Part shown: positions 23,345 to 35,019 of the stretch, piece by piece
How the letters are laid out: every line of letters begins with the position of its first letter
How positions within the stretch are numbered: position 1 is the stretch's first letter
Source: Malacoraja senta
Taxonomy: Eukaryota
Assembly: GCA_038087875.1 (NCBI GenBank)
Contig: CM075998.1
Coordinates: forward strand, 2,108,001 to 2,172,000
DNA: 64,000 nt
Direction: 5' to 3'
The notes under the pieces: generated by a model
The model's database searches: none
The model's input: only the letters and a program-made list of their open reading frames with translations
Told to the model about the DNA's origin: nothing
Program-made: the position numbers and the translations under genes

Positions 23345-24040
23345 AAGCAGGTACAATAGGGGTTTGCATGCACGTCCTCCAACCTCATCTGCAGCATCCG
23401 GTATCCTGATGTGGCCTCCAGTACATTAGTGAAACCAAGCATAGACTCAGCAACCATTTCGCTGAACACTTGCACTCTGTCTGCCAAGGCCTACCAGATC
23501 TCCTGGTTACTAACCATTTAAATTCCTATTCCCTTACTGACCTTTCTGTCCTGGGCTGCCTTCATTGCCAGAGTGAGGCCACACAGAAACTGAGGAGCAG
23601 CACCTCATATTCTGCATTGGTAGCTTAAAACCAAATGATCTAAACATTTAATTCTCCAATTTTAGGTAATCTCTAACAACCCCCCTCCCTGTGCCCCACC
23701 TGGACTCTTGCCTATTTCTTCTCTTTTCCTCCACCTACATTCCTTCTTCTGGTTTCACAATCAGTAATTCTTCAATCTTTTTGTCTCATACCCTCTGTTT
23801 TAGTTTCTGGCCATTATTCCAACTATCTGCCTATCAAAAGGCCATCTCCCCCCCCCCCCCCCCCTGCCCATGTCCACCTGACACACTTTGTCCTGTCTCT
23901 CCTCGCAGATTTCTTTCCTCTTTCTTCCCCCCACCCCCCCACAATCAGTCTGAACATGGGTCCTGACCCAAAACGTCACCTATCCGTGTTCTGCAGAGTT
24001 GCTGCCTGACCCGCTGAGTTACTCCACACCTTGGTGTTTA
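23345..24040 (+). mobile_element. Penelope-like element remnant: GIY-YIG endonuclease plus pLTR with dead hammerhead
   Basis: CTSSNLIC.I....CGLQYISETKHRLSNHFAEHL.SV..GLPDLLVTNHLNS...LSVLGCLHCQSEATQKL.EQHLIF, followed by cagtCTGAACAtgggtcctgacccAAAAcgtc. Confidence 0.85.
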
Positions 24041-24252
24041 AAAAAAACCACAGCCTGCACATCTTCTTTAAACTTGTATTAAATGGTTCCAAAATGGAAC
24101 CAATCAAAAAAGGAGCTGGCTGACTGCTCTCTTTTCTACATCTAAATGCTGTGAAACATTGCTCCAGTTGCCATACTAGGACAGAAGGTTGAGTTACATT
24201 ATCTTATCTCTTCATGAAAGATAAATTACTTTTCTTTTGTCTTTTGGTAAAG

Positions 24253-25695
24253 GAAGCGGAGCCAAAACCAGAAACATCGGTTGACAATGAGGCTCAACAA
24301 TCTTATCCTGTTTACACCAGGCAAGATGTGGCCAAGCATAAAACTATGGAAAGTGGAATATGGGTCACCTACAAATCTGACGTGTATGATATTACAAACT
24401 TTGTGGAACTGCATCCTGGGGGTGATAAGATATTGCTTGCTGCAGGAGGTGCCCTTGAACCATTTTGGTCAATGTATGCCGTCCATAAACAAGAACATGT
24501 TTACAAGATTCTTGAAGAGTACAAAGTAGGAGAATTGAGCCTAGAAGCTGCGCAGGAGGCCTCTGATGTGACTGACCCTTATGAGAAAGACCCATTGAGA
24601 CATCCGGTTTTGAAGGTGAATAGTTTAAAGCCATTTAATGCAGAAACGCCAGCAGAGATTCTAACTGAAAATTATCTTACCCCAAATGACTTGTTCTTCA
24701 TACGAAACCACCTGCCTGTCCCAGAAGTTGATCCAAAAAAATTCAGTTTGGAGATTAAGGGAGAGGGGCTGAAGTCCATCCAACTGTCCCTCCGTGACCT
24801 TCAAACCAAGTTCCCAAAGCACACAATAACTGCTACATTGCAATGTGCTGGCAATCGTCGCTCGGACATGAATGCAGTGCGTGAGGTGAAGGGACTAAAT
24901 TGGGGGTCAGCAGCGATTGGTAATGCAAAATGGACTGGGGTTAAACTCTCTGATGTCCTTGAGTATGCAAGGCTGCCAGCGAACACAGATGCTAAACATG
25001 TCCAATTTGAGGGACTTGATAAGGATACAAGTGGGACTCCCTACGGAGCCTCTATTCCTATTCGTAAGGCGCTTGCCAAAGATGGTGACGTGCTTCTTGC
25101 CTTTGAAATGAATGATGAAATTTTATCCAGAGATCATGGCTTTCCACTACGTCTCGTTGTCCCAGGAGTGGTAGGAGCACGTAATGTGAAGTGGTTGAGC
25201 AAGATCATCGTAAGTAAAGAAGAAAGCAAGAGCCATTGGCAAGTGAATGACTATAAGGGATTTTCTCCTTCTGTGGATTGGGATACCGTTGACTTCAACA
25301 CTGCTCCAGCAATCCAAGAACTATCTATCCAATCTGCCATCATGTCGCCTTCCAAAGATGAACGTCTCAGCTCGGACTTGGATGAGATGACAGTGAAAGG
25401 CTATGCGTGGAGTGGAGGTGGGCGAGAAGTGATCCGGGTGGATGTCTCAGTGGATGGTGGACAGACATGGCACGTGGCTGACTTAAGTGAGATGAAGCAA
25501 AATGAGGGGCAGGCCTGGGCCTGGAAACTGTGGCAACTCACTGTGCCTATGCCGAAGGACGAGGAAAGCCTGGAGATAATTTCCAAAGCTGTGGATAACC
25601 AGTACAATGTGCAGCCGGACACTGTTGCGCCCATTTGGAATTTACGAGGGGTCCTCAATAATTCTTGGAGTCGAGTGAACGTTACAATCAAATAG
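24253..25695 (+). CDS. SUOX: Sulfite oxidase coding exon 3 (cytochrome b5, Moco and dimerisation domains)
   Basis: HPGG heme motif, FFIRNH, LQCAGNRR (Mo-ligating Cys), DHGFPLR..PG..GARNVKWL, DYKGFSP and WNLRG. Acceptor ttttcttttgtcttttggtaAAG at 24252; stop TAG at 25693-25695. Confidence 0.98.
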   Translation, partial: EAEPKPETSVDNEAQQSYPVYTRQDVAKHKTMESGIWVTYKSDVYDITNFVELHPGGDKILLAAGGALEPFWSMYAVHKQEHVYKILEEYKVGELSLEAAQEASDVTDPYEKDPLRHPVLKVNSLKPFNAETPAEILTENYLTPNDLFFIRNHLPVPEVDPKKFSLEIKGEGLKSIQLSLRDLQTKFPKHTITATLQCAGNRRSDMNAVREVKGLNWGSAAIGNAKWTGVKLSDVLEYARLPANTDAKHVQFEGLDKDTSGTPYGASIPIRKALAKDGDVLLAFEMNDEILSRDHGFPLRLVVPGVVGARNVKWLSKIIVSKEESKSHWQVNDYKGFSPSVDWDTVDFNTAPAIQELSIQSAIMSPSKDERLSSDLDEMTVKGYAWSGGGREVIRVDVSVDGGQTWHVADLSEMKQNEGQAWAWKLWQLTVPMPKDEESLEIISKAVDNQYNVQPDTVAPIWNLRGVLNNSWSRVNVTIK

Positions 25696-25891
25696 AAATG
25701 ATTAGAAACTGTTGCTGATTCCATAACATTGAGAGACTTGGGCACAATTATAGCTGGCTAGTAATTTAGTCTTAATTGTCAGTGTGGATTATTTGGTAAC
25801 ACTCTTGCCTCTGAAAATTGTAAGAAAATTGTTCCATTCCAGAGGCTAGTACTTAGTTCAGGTTGGCACTTCAGTGCAGTGTTGACTTAAA

Positions 25892-25974
25892 GGTAGACAC
25901 AAAATGCTGGAGTAACTCAGCGGGACAGGCAGCATCTTTGGAGAAAAGGAATGGGCGATGTTTCGGGTCGAGAC
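25892..25974 (-). mobile_element. Penelope-derived short element truncated by the gap
   Basis: gtagacacaaaatgctggagtaactcagcgggacaggcagc...tttcgggtcgagac, nearly identical to 53898-54003. Confidence 0.8.
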
Positions 25975-26174
25975 NNNNNNNNNNNNNNNNNNNNNNNNNN
26001 NNNNNNNNNNNNNNNNNNNNNNNNNNNNNNNNNNNNNNNNNNNNNNNNNNNNNNNNNNNNNNNNNNNNNNNNNNNNNNNNNNNNNNNNNNNNNNNNNNNN
26101 NNNNNNNNNNNNNNNNNNNNNNNNNNNNNNNNNNNNNNNNNNNNNNNNNNNNNNNNNNNNNNNNNNNNNNNNNN
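25975..26174. other. Assembly gap (exactly 200 N)
   Basis: Run of N of round length, with different repeat families on the two sides. Confidence 0.99.
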
Positions 26175-26519
26175 GGATATAGACCAAACGCAGGCAGGTG
26201 GGACTAGTGTAGCTGGGACATGTTGGCCGGTGTGGGCAAGTTGGGCCGAAGGGCCTGTTTCCACAACTGTGTGACTATGACCTGTGTAATATGCATTTAC
26301 CAACTTTTTTTCCTGTTTGTACTTTCACAATCTAGCATTAAAATGTTACAGTAAATTATATTATTCCTTTATTTTTGAATTCTTCTCTTATGTTATCAAA
26401 GAATGCTTTTGAACTTAAATTGTTTATTTGACATCCTCAAAATGAAGTAGACCACACCTGCATGCAGCTAAACAACATTCAGAGCTTGGTCTTATAAATG
26501 ATGAGTAGCATTTGTGTTG

Positions 26520-27200
26520 TGCCAGAACCATCTCAAACAAGGAAGCCTAAACACTACCCTTGATGTTCAATGGCATTTACCATTGCCGGGATGCTTATCA
26601 TCAACATCCTGGATGACCTTTTAACCAGATACTCATTTCGATCAGCCATAAGTAGTGTGGCTACACAAGCAAGTCGGAGAGAGATATCCTGTGACATGTG
26701 CGTCAACTCCTGATGCCCCAAATCATTTCAATCTGCAAGAAACAAATCAAGAGTCTGATGTGATATTCACTTGCTTAACTAAGTGCAATATCAACACTGT
26801 CCAGGACAAAGCAGCTCTTTCCACAATGCTAGATACTCCCTCCACAATCGGTATAGTGTGTGCCATCAAAAAAAAAGCATGCATTACCCACCTATGCCAT
26901 TCCAACAGTATCCCAAATCCAGTGCCTTCTGATCTTGTCCTCCTTGCTGATAGAAGTTGATTAAGGCACCACCTTGTGGAAACTCTGTCTCTGTGTTCCT
27001 AATTCTGATCTGGAAGCACACCACTGTTACTCTGTGTCAGGGCAAACTTGGGATTCCATACTGAAACAACATGGTAAAGTACCTTCACCAAAAGAACCCC
27101 AATAGTTTGAGGTACTGGCTCAGCTTCACCTTCTCAAGAACAATTTTGAGATGGTCAATGACTGATGGCCTTGGCAGTGATTTTCCCGCATGTCCTGAAC
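26520..27200 (+). mobile_element. Old CR1-group LINE 3' fragment
   Basis: Decayed motifs resembling INILG....L...HI..VA..A, YK.Q..S.M.YSLA and TVQDKAA; the tail is related to the Meta-SINE 3' end. Confidence 0.5.
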
Positions 27201-27973
27201 AATGATGAAACAAAAAGTTGTTTCTGTCTCTAAGCTAAGAATATTAAATGTATATTTCATAATCTACCTCTAAGAAACCTTGCCTCCCACCACTCTTCCC
27301 AGTACACAGTCAGTATATTAAATTTCTATTTTTGTACAACTGAGCTTTTGGTTTTGTGAACATTATTATAAATACAATATTCTTGTAACATATTTCCCCC
27401 TGCCCAAAGCTCTCCTTAGTTGGATTTTGAAGCATCCTAATATTCATAAGACATGGAAAATCCTAGCATCAAAGAAGCTCAAATGAAATTTCCAACGATC
27501 TGCAGCAAAACCCTACCTGAAGCCTTTGAGGGGAATTAAATGAAAGATCCAGCAGATTATTAATATAAATGTTTTTTCTGAAATCCTTCAAGGAGAGCTA
27601 GGACAAGGATCTGCATCAAATAAAAGGTAAGTGGACAACATACACTGAGTCCCACAGTTCTGGACAGCCTGGAGACAATGCAGGAACATTTTAAATATCC
27701 ACCACCCCAGCTTTTTATTGTTTTCAACTGGCCTACCAAATGATACATGTGCCGAAGAGCCTGTTTCTATTTTGTATGACATGTTCAAAGTGATCCTGTC
27801 CCACACTGAAACGAGACAAAAATCACAAGTGCATGAGCATCTCAGCAGATCAGGCAGCATCTCTGGAGAACATGGAAAGGTGACATTTTGTTTGGGACCC
27901 TTCCTCAGACTCCCTGATTGCATTCAACAGCTGAACTAGTTGCTAAAACTTTTGATTAAAAAAAAAACATTCT

Positions 27974-28612
27974 TGTGATAAATGTCACTTTCAAGAAGCC
28001 ACCCTAACTCACACTTTTGTATCCTGTATAAAAATACAAAACTTCTGGACGGAAATATTCAATATTATTTATAAAACACTTAAAACTCCATTGGAGCCAG
28101 ATCCAAAACTAATAATATTAGGAATGTCAGAGGGCTGCGCTAATCTAACGATATTTCAAAGACGCTTCCTTGACTACGGTTTAATGACTGCGAAAAAACT
28201 TATACTTAAATTCTGGAAAAAGATAACAGTCCCCACAGTGAAGATGTGGATCACAGAAATGACTGAGACACTACATCGAGAAAAAATCAGGTTCGTCTTG
28301 ACTGACAAACCAGATCAATTCTCAAAAATATGGTCTTCTTTTATTGAATTTCTTCAACAACATAATGGTTGAACACAAACTCAAAACCGATGGTAGGGCT
28401 GGGTGAGCGGGCGTACGGAAGGGTAGTTGGATATATCTCCGCTTCTTTTTCACTTCTAGTTCTGTGTTTTTCTTTGCTTTTCTTTTCTTCTTCTTTCTTT
28501 TTTCCTATCTAGTTAATAGTTTATAAATTGTTAAAATTGAAGCTGTACGAAAATTGTATAACTGCTATGTCGATCATTTTTTTGTACAATTGCTTCTAAC
28601 AAAAATAAAAAT
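27974..28612 (+). mobile_element. 5'-truncated L1-clade LINE (ORF2 C-terminus intact, 3' UTR, A-rich tail)
   Basis: Open frame CDKCHFQEATLTHTFVSC (CX2CX8HX4C) ..FWTEIF..AKKLILKFWK..PTVKMW..EKIRF..FSKIW to the stop at 28372, then a T-rich UTR and aataaaaa. Confidence 0.85.
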
Positions 28613-31478
28613 ATATATTTTTTAAATTCTCAAATTATATTTTCTATGCAATTTCAAATTGAAAAATTCAACGCTCTGTACAATTTACACCATTAAAAGT
28701 ATGTCCCTCTTCCTGGTAACTCTTAACAGCATTTTTTCTATATGTGCTTTAGAAAAGCAATCTTAACAGTTGATGACTTGAGTCTACCTATTTAAATTAA
28801 AAGTTCTCTTTCTTTCCAATCTTTTTTTCCATCCAGCAAGGTCAATCCACAATTTCTAAAGCACACTTTTCGTAGGCAGTCATTCTTTGTGGTATAATGC
28901 ATATTCCATGTTGCATTAGATGGATATGCTATTTTCAGTCCTCCTTTTGTATGGGATTATCAGGGAGACAATGGATAAATGAAATCCTATCTCGATTGCA
29001 TCTATGAGCTGTTTCTTTCAGCAGCACGTGCATACCAGCCCATTTATTTTCTATTTTTCCCCAAGTTTGAGGAGAGGATGTTTAATTCTTACCCATGAGT
29101 GATATGAAACTGGCTGTACTTAAATAAGAAAGGAAGGTTTGCATGTGAAACTGGAAAAAATAATTGACTTTATCATCTTTAGGTTATTTAGGATGGGGGT
29201 TCCTTAAGGATGAAAATGTAAAGATACAATTACTTACATGTTATATTTATTTGCTTTTGGCCTTTTCTCCTCTGGTTATTTTGTTGGGATTCTTAAGTGT
29301 GCCAAATCCAGGCACTATTCACCTTTCCATAATTTTAATCGGGACTAACCTTGTACTTTATATTAAATATCACTGAATCTTGCAACCAAGTCAATAAGAT
29401 TGAAATTATGCAAATATTCATGTCAGGCCCCATTTGTGGCAAGAGAAGAGAAACTATTAAAGTTTCATTTTGATGACCTTTATCAGAATTGGAAGAGAAA
29501 ACAAGTTGTAAAATGGTCACGACCCTTCCCGAAATGTCACCCATTCCTTCTGTCCAGAGACGCTGCCTGTCATGCTGAATTACTCCAGCATTTTGTGTCT
29601 ACCTTTGGTGTAAACCAGCATCTGCAGTTCCTTCCTACACCTCACTGTCTACCTTTCTAATTGCTGGTTATGACCTACGCCGTAACGTTATTTCATTGAG
29701 CAAACTAATGTTTCTCACTGTTCCAAGAGGAAATTAATTTTCTGTTCCTACCATAATTAACACTAATTAAGATAGAATGCATTGATCCATTCAACACCTC
29801 AATGCTGAGAACAGATCGTTGATTGCATGGTTGTATTCTGTGGGCTGCAGATGCTTTTCACACAGAACATTGGCAATATTTCCTTTGCAGCTTGCTGCTG
29901 TCCTCATTTTAGATCAATGTTTTTTTTTAGAAAAGCTCATCATTCATTTTAAAAAGATGAAAGCAGCAATCTTTTTCTAAACGCAGACCTTTTTTTAACT
30001 TGTGCCTTGTGACAGCAGTCGACCATAAGGTTCACAGGAGGGATTTTACAGGTTCGTGATCTCATTACCGCAGGTTTATGGGGAAATAACGCTTGCGTTG
30101 TCCTATGATCTGGTGTCTATGATAAGATCACAGGTACGTATTTTACTATCATACTTAAGTTTCTCAGTTTTGGTTCTACATGGGTTTTTGATCAAGAAAG
30201 TGGACAAACATTTGCTGCCAGTTGTATGCCAATGCCCATACTCTGCCAGCAAATTTAAGTTGCCAATTGCGCACTTGCACTATAGTATGGAAATATCCAA
30301 CTTCCATTCAGTGACTCTCCTGTGACAGAAGTGCTGACCCCAGGAATTTAACAATGAAAATAAATTTTGGAAGCAGGCGTATATTGTACTTCTGTTGCTG
30401 CATAAATTATTCCCTGTGTCTCTGCAGCACTTTTTTTTTGCAAAATACAACGATCTCTTTTGTTTTTAGAAAAGCAACTTATGTAAGCGGGTAACCTCCA
30501 TCTTTGACATGGAGATTACAGAGAAATTTTACAAGGGCAAAGTACCGCAGATGCTGAAAGTCTGAAATGAAACCAGACAATGCAAGAAAGGCTCAGGAGA
30601 GCAAGTCAGAGAACAGAAGTGTAAATGGGTGGGTATGGTCATTGTAGACTTGGTGGGCTCAAAAGCTGGTTTCCATGCTATAACACTGACTCTGAGGAGA
30701 GACCTGTGATAGAGTTAATGTATGGGGAGATTGAAAGGGGTTGGCGATAGGAAAAAAAGCCTAAAGGAGCTGCAAATGCAGTATAATTATTTAGTCTATT
30801 ATGTGAAAAGCTTGATCTGCATGCTATTTTTTTTGCATTTGGAAGAATATTGTTATTCTTATTCCATTTCTGGATCGATTGTCATGCTTCAGTATTGAGA
30901 AGCTGGTCACAGTAGGCAAGTTGATTTCTGTTTTTTAAACTTATTAGAACACTGTGGTTGGATTTACACGTCTATTTTCTAATCTTGATCAGACTCTTCC
31001 TCTGTAAACCCCTTAATTAATGATTTCACTGGAAATATTGTGAATTGAAAAAGGTCAGACATGGAGTATACGATGCTGACATTTACTGTGCTAATTTATG
31101 TCTTCCTGTTTGCGTTTTGACTCTACAGAACTTAATCTGTTTACAGTAAAGTCAAATGCATGGTTTGCCTAAATATGAAGGGTATACACAGCCATTGGGG
31201 AAATCTATGGAAGCTTCATGAAGCTCAAGCTGAAAATTAACTCGTTTTACATGACATGGTGCACATTTTTGAGCAATATATTACCTTAGGATAGTAACTT
31301 GAGCTTAATTTAAATGGATGTCTATGATCCCATACTTAATCAGAGCTTCTAGATGAAACTTCACCCATTCTTTGTGTGTAAGTTTGGATGGTGAGTCCGG
31401 CCAAATATAATTTGGAGTGAGAAGCCAACCTGTTGCTCCCCGTCCAAGCACATTGACACTGAAGTTGATTGTAACACT

Positions 31479-31623
31479 CCTTCTTCTTCTTCTTGTGTAT
31501 GGCGTGCACAGCCTAAAGTTGTAGGACAACTTGTTCTATTTGATCTTATTTGATTGTGCACGCCGGGTTGATTGCATTCGTCGAAACAGGGCGGACCACG
31601 TGAAGGTTGCAATCTTCCACCCC
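31479..31623 (-). mobile_element. 145-bp ribozyme-capped short retroposon, copy 2
   Basis: 11-bp TSD ATTGTAACACT (31468-31478, 31624-31634), (GAA)n tail, identical 5' start to copy 1. Confidence 0.9.
31570..31623 (-). ncRNA. Minimal HDV-like (CPEB3-type) self-cleaving ribozyme motif
   Basis: GGGGUGG-AA-GAUUGCA-ACC-UUCACGU-GGU-CCGCCCU-GU-UUCGA-CGAA-UGCAAUC gives the complete nested pseudoknot pairing with G1.U wobble and catalytic C. Confidence 0.85.
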
Positions 31624-33629
31624 ATTGTAACACTTAGCTGAGGTGGACACAGAGATCTTGATCTTATTATACACCTGAGGCACTGTTTTAGGAGAAGGAA
31701 TGATTTTGCTATTAGCAAGCACATACATTGGAGTAATGACATATTGGAGATATGAAATTAATTGTGGTTCAAACCTGAGAAGTATGCATAAGGCCACTCA
31801 GCCACGCAATGTGGAGTTAGCGTTACAATCAAATTAACAGCGATCTTCTGCCATTCAATAAGATCATAGCTAATATCGACTCCACATTCCCTTCTGCCCA
31901 TAATCGCCTTTCACTCCTTGCTTATCTGCCTCAAATACATTCAAACACTTCTTCCACTGATCTTTTGAGGAAGAAAGTTTTGAGGGAAAGATTTTCACCT
32001 CATCTCAACTAAAATTGGCAACTCGTACTGTATATAGTAAATATTATTAAAAATGTTCTTCCTTAGCAATAAGTTAAACTGAGAAGCAAAGATGGACTAG
32101 GGTATACATTTCAGATGCTAATTAGCTAGATGTTTTATGAGCAGAGTAAACTGTTCCTTTGACATTAATTTTTGTCAATTTTGGCTTTTGGTATCTCCCA
32201 ACAGCTTGGTAGCAACCATTTGAGCCAATCTTTTATTGGCACTATAACACTGAGATATGGAACCCAATATAATGGAGTGCAGGAATGAAAGATTAGACCC
32301 AGGAACCACTGACAGTCTGGGTCCTTCATGCAGTCATTGGTGCCTAAGAACCACACTGGGAGAAATGCATTGTACTGTTTCCTATTGAACCACATAGAGC
32401 GACAATGACTCAATTTCTATTCCATGTCTGAGTGCAGTTTGCAGAGTGCCAATGTGGTGGCAGCTCTGCCTACGATAAACCTCGGCTGGAAAGGAAACAA
32501 TGTACAGGTTTTCTATTCCCAACTGCTATCCCAGCGACTTCTACAAGAATGATCAGGATAGGATTGGACATAGAGTTGTGACTCTTGAAAATAGACAATT
32601 TGCTCTTGGTTTCTGCTTGAATCGTGGCCATTCTGCTAAGGGACTTGTGGGACATTGGCTGTGACACAACTTGTATGTTACTGTTGGCAGGAGAGGAAAG
32701 GGGGAAAGTTGAGAAAAGTGGCCATGGAGCGACCTGGTTGATTGGTAAGATTTATGCCATTTCTATCCAGTAATATACGTTTACAAAAGAGAAATCAACT
32801 GGGAATGCGTTCATTGCAAAGATACATATTTGGGTATGTGTATTGTGAAACATAGATGAATGTTAACTAAACAGAAATAATTCTAGTATTTCTAAATGCA
32901 TGACAAAGCACATGGTACAATAATCATCTTGCTAAAGAAATATTTAAAAATTCATTTTCTAGTTTTGTTGTGGTGTCGTTTAAATGTCCAATCAATACCA
33001 GTCACAAGAATATCTAGAATTGTCCTTGTTCAACAGCCTTGAGACTAACCATTTGCATCAAACTTTGCCCCCCCCCCCCCTCCGCCCCCCGCTTTGAACA
33101 ATGTCTTCACTCTTTTCCACACTGTGACAAAGGTGGGGTTTGCAAACAGCCAGTGCTGCCACGTGCTTTTTGTTTAAAGGCCGATCATTTTGGAGAGAGT
33201 GAGTGCAGCTGAATACGGCTATTACAATGCTCACAGCTGCTGCTTTACAAATCATTTCTGAAAAGAGAACTTTTCAGTTTCTACATGTGCACCTAATTTT
33301 GAGCTGTTCTGTTTTCTGCTTGTTTTAATTTATTAAGCCTGCAGCTGTCACAGCTTTTGAGGAGTAGAAAATGGCTCTGCCACAACCATTTAAAGTAATT
33401 GGGTTGCTCTGAGGAGTCAAATTGGAAAGTCTGGTCCATTAAATCTTCTCAGGATATAATTTCCATTTATTCTTAGCTTTTTCAATACAAATGTAAGTAC
33501 TTCATTGCACACACTTTCCTATGAAAACATTCATTATAACAACAAATACAAAAGCAATATGTTACATAATTACAACTGATGCATTTGTGCGTTACAGTCA
33601 AATGTCAAGTCATTTCATCATTGATCATG

Positions 33630-34060
33630 CCACATCAGGTATGTTTGTGCACTTCTTCCAACGTGCACGGAGCCTCAGCTGCCCTCGAGGCTACAGCAGG
33701 AACAAGTTCCTCACCCCCCCTCCTGCTGGAGACTCCCTTCGTCCGGAAGGTGTGGGGAGATATGTACAGTATCTGCTCTGGTTCATCCTCAACAACTGCA
33801 TAACACAGCATTCTCTGCTCTGTTCCCACTGAAAGACACGAACTGCGGCTGGAAGATCACCAGCAATGAAAGAGGTTCCCTGGTCCAGAACCAACTGGTC
33901 TTCCAGCTGAAATAACTGTCTATGACCGAGTCTTAACAACTGTGTTGGACTTTTGTTCCTCATAGCTCACGTGGTGTGCTCGGTGTCTGAGCATGATGTA
34001 AGAAGGCATTGGCTATATCCATGTAAAATGTGCTGGTATCTGTCTGAAATGTATCTTCAC
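33630..34060 (+). mobile_element. Tx1-type LINE ORF2 3' remnant
   Basis: Frameshifted CPRG...LLLETPFVRKVWGDM..FILNNCITQHSLL..CGWKI..NQLVFQLK*LSMTE. Confidence 0.7.
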
Positions 34061-35019
34061 ATTTTCTATGAAGTACTTTCATGCCTTTTTTTTTTCTTTC
34101 TTAGTCCTCTTCATAGGCTGTACAAGGAAGCACACAGCTGACCTGCTCCTGTACACTCACTCATCTCTTCACAAAAGCTTGAGGAGAACAAGCCTCGATG
34201 GAACATTGAACAAGACAGCACAGGAACAGGTCCTTCGGCCCATAATGTCCATATTCCTATTTGGCATCACCACACTGCTTTTGTTCAGTTACAACAGTTC
34301 CCAAAGTTTACCTTCATAAGTTCATAAGATCATACATGATAGGAGCAGAATTAGACCTTGTGGCCCATTAGGTCTACTCCACCTATGTAATTTGTGCAGA
34401 ATGCCTACCGTGTTCTACCTTGGTCCACACTGTAAAGACTAAAACTACTTGCCCAGACTTTCTAGATAAAATGATGGTATCTATGCTGTAACCAGACTTG
34501 ACAGGAGCCAACATAGTTCTTGCAGCTCTTTTCATAAAGTTCTTCCAAACACAGAATCTTGCAATATATTTTTTGGGACTTGTATAGCTCTCAGTATTTC
34601 TTCATGAAGGCAGCTGAAATCATTTATTAAAAAGAAGCCTTTTTATTTGAAGATCAAATTATATCTTTCCTCTCCTCATTCGGTCAACAAAGAACAGCAG
34701 GCACCAGTTGCATTTCCTCAGCTTGGTGGTGTAAAGCCATGATTTTCCACTTGCTGCATTGCTCTAAGGAGATTTAAGTGTTGGATTTGATGTGAGTCAG
34801 AGCATATGTTTCTGAATATCAGGACCTTTTGTTCAAGCAGACAATTTGACCGTTTGGGAATTGTTGTAAGACTGGAATATTTGACCGAATGGATCTATTC
34901 ACATCATTTATGAATTCTGGTTATTTGTTGACTGGATTAAAGCAAACCTGTGCTTAAACCAATGTTTCTTAAAAAACGTTATCTTCCCCCAGCGTTGAGC
35001 TTTTGTTTATTTTTTTTTC

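Noticed and set aside
24214-24252. ORF-track start MKDKLLFFCLLVK as the SUOX N-terminus
   Set aside because: This is the intronic polypyrimidine tract; the real N-terminus comes from exons 18806-18864 and 22632-22824.
25770-25800. Iron-responsive element at CAGTGT in the SUOX 3' UTR
   Set aside because: No 5-bp upper stem or C bulge; the sequence appears to be a SINE head remnant.
25858-26303. ORFs spanning the N run
   Set aside because: Artefacts of the assembly gap.
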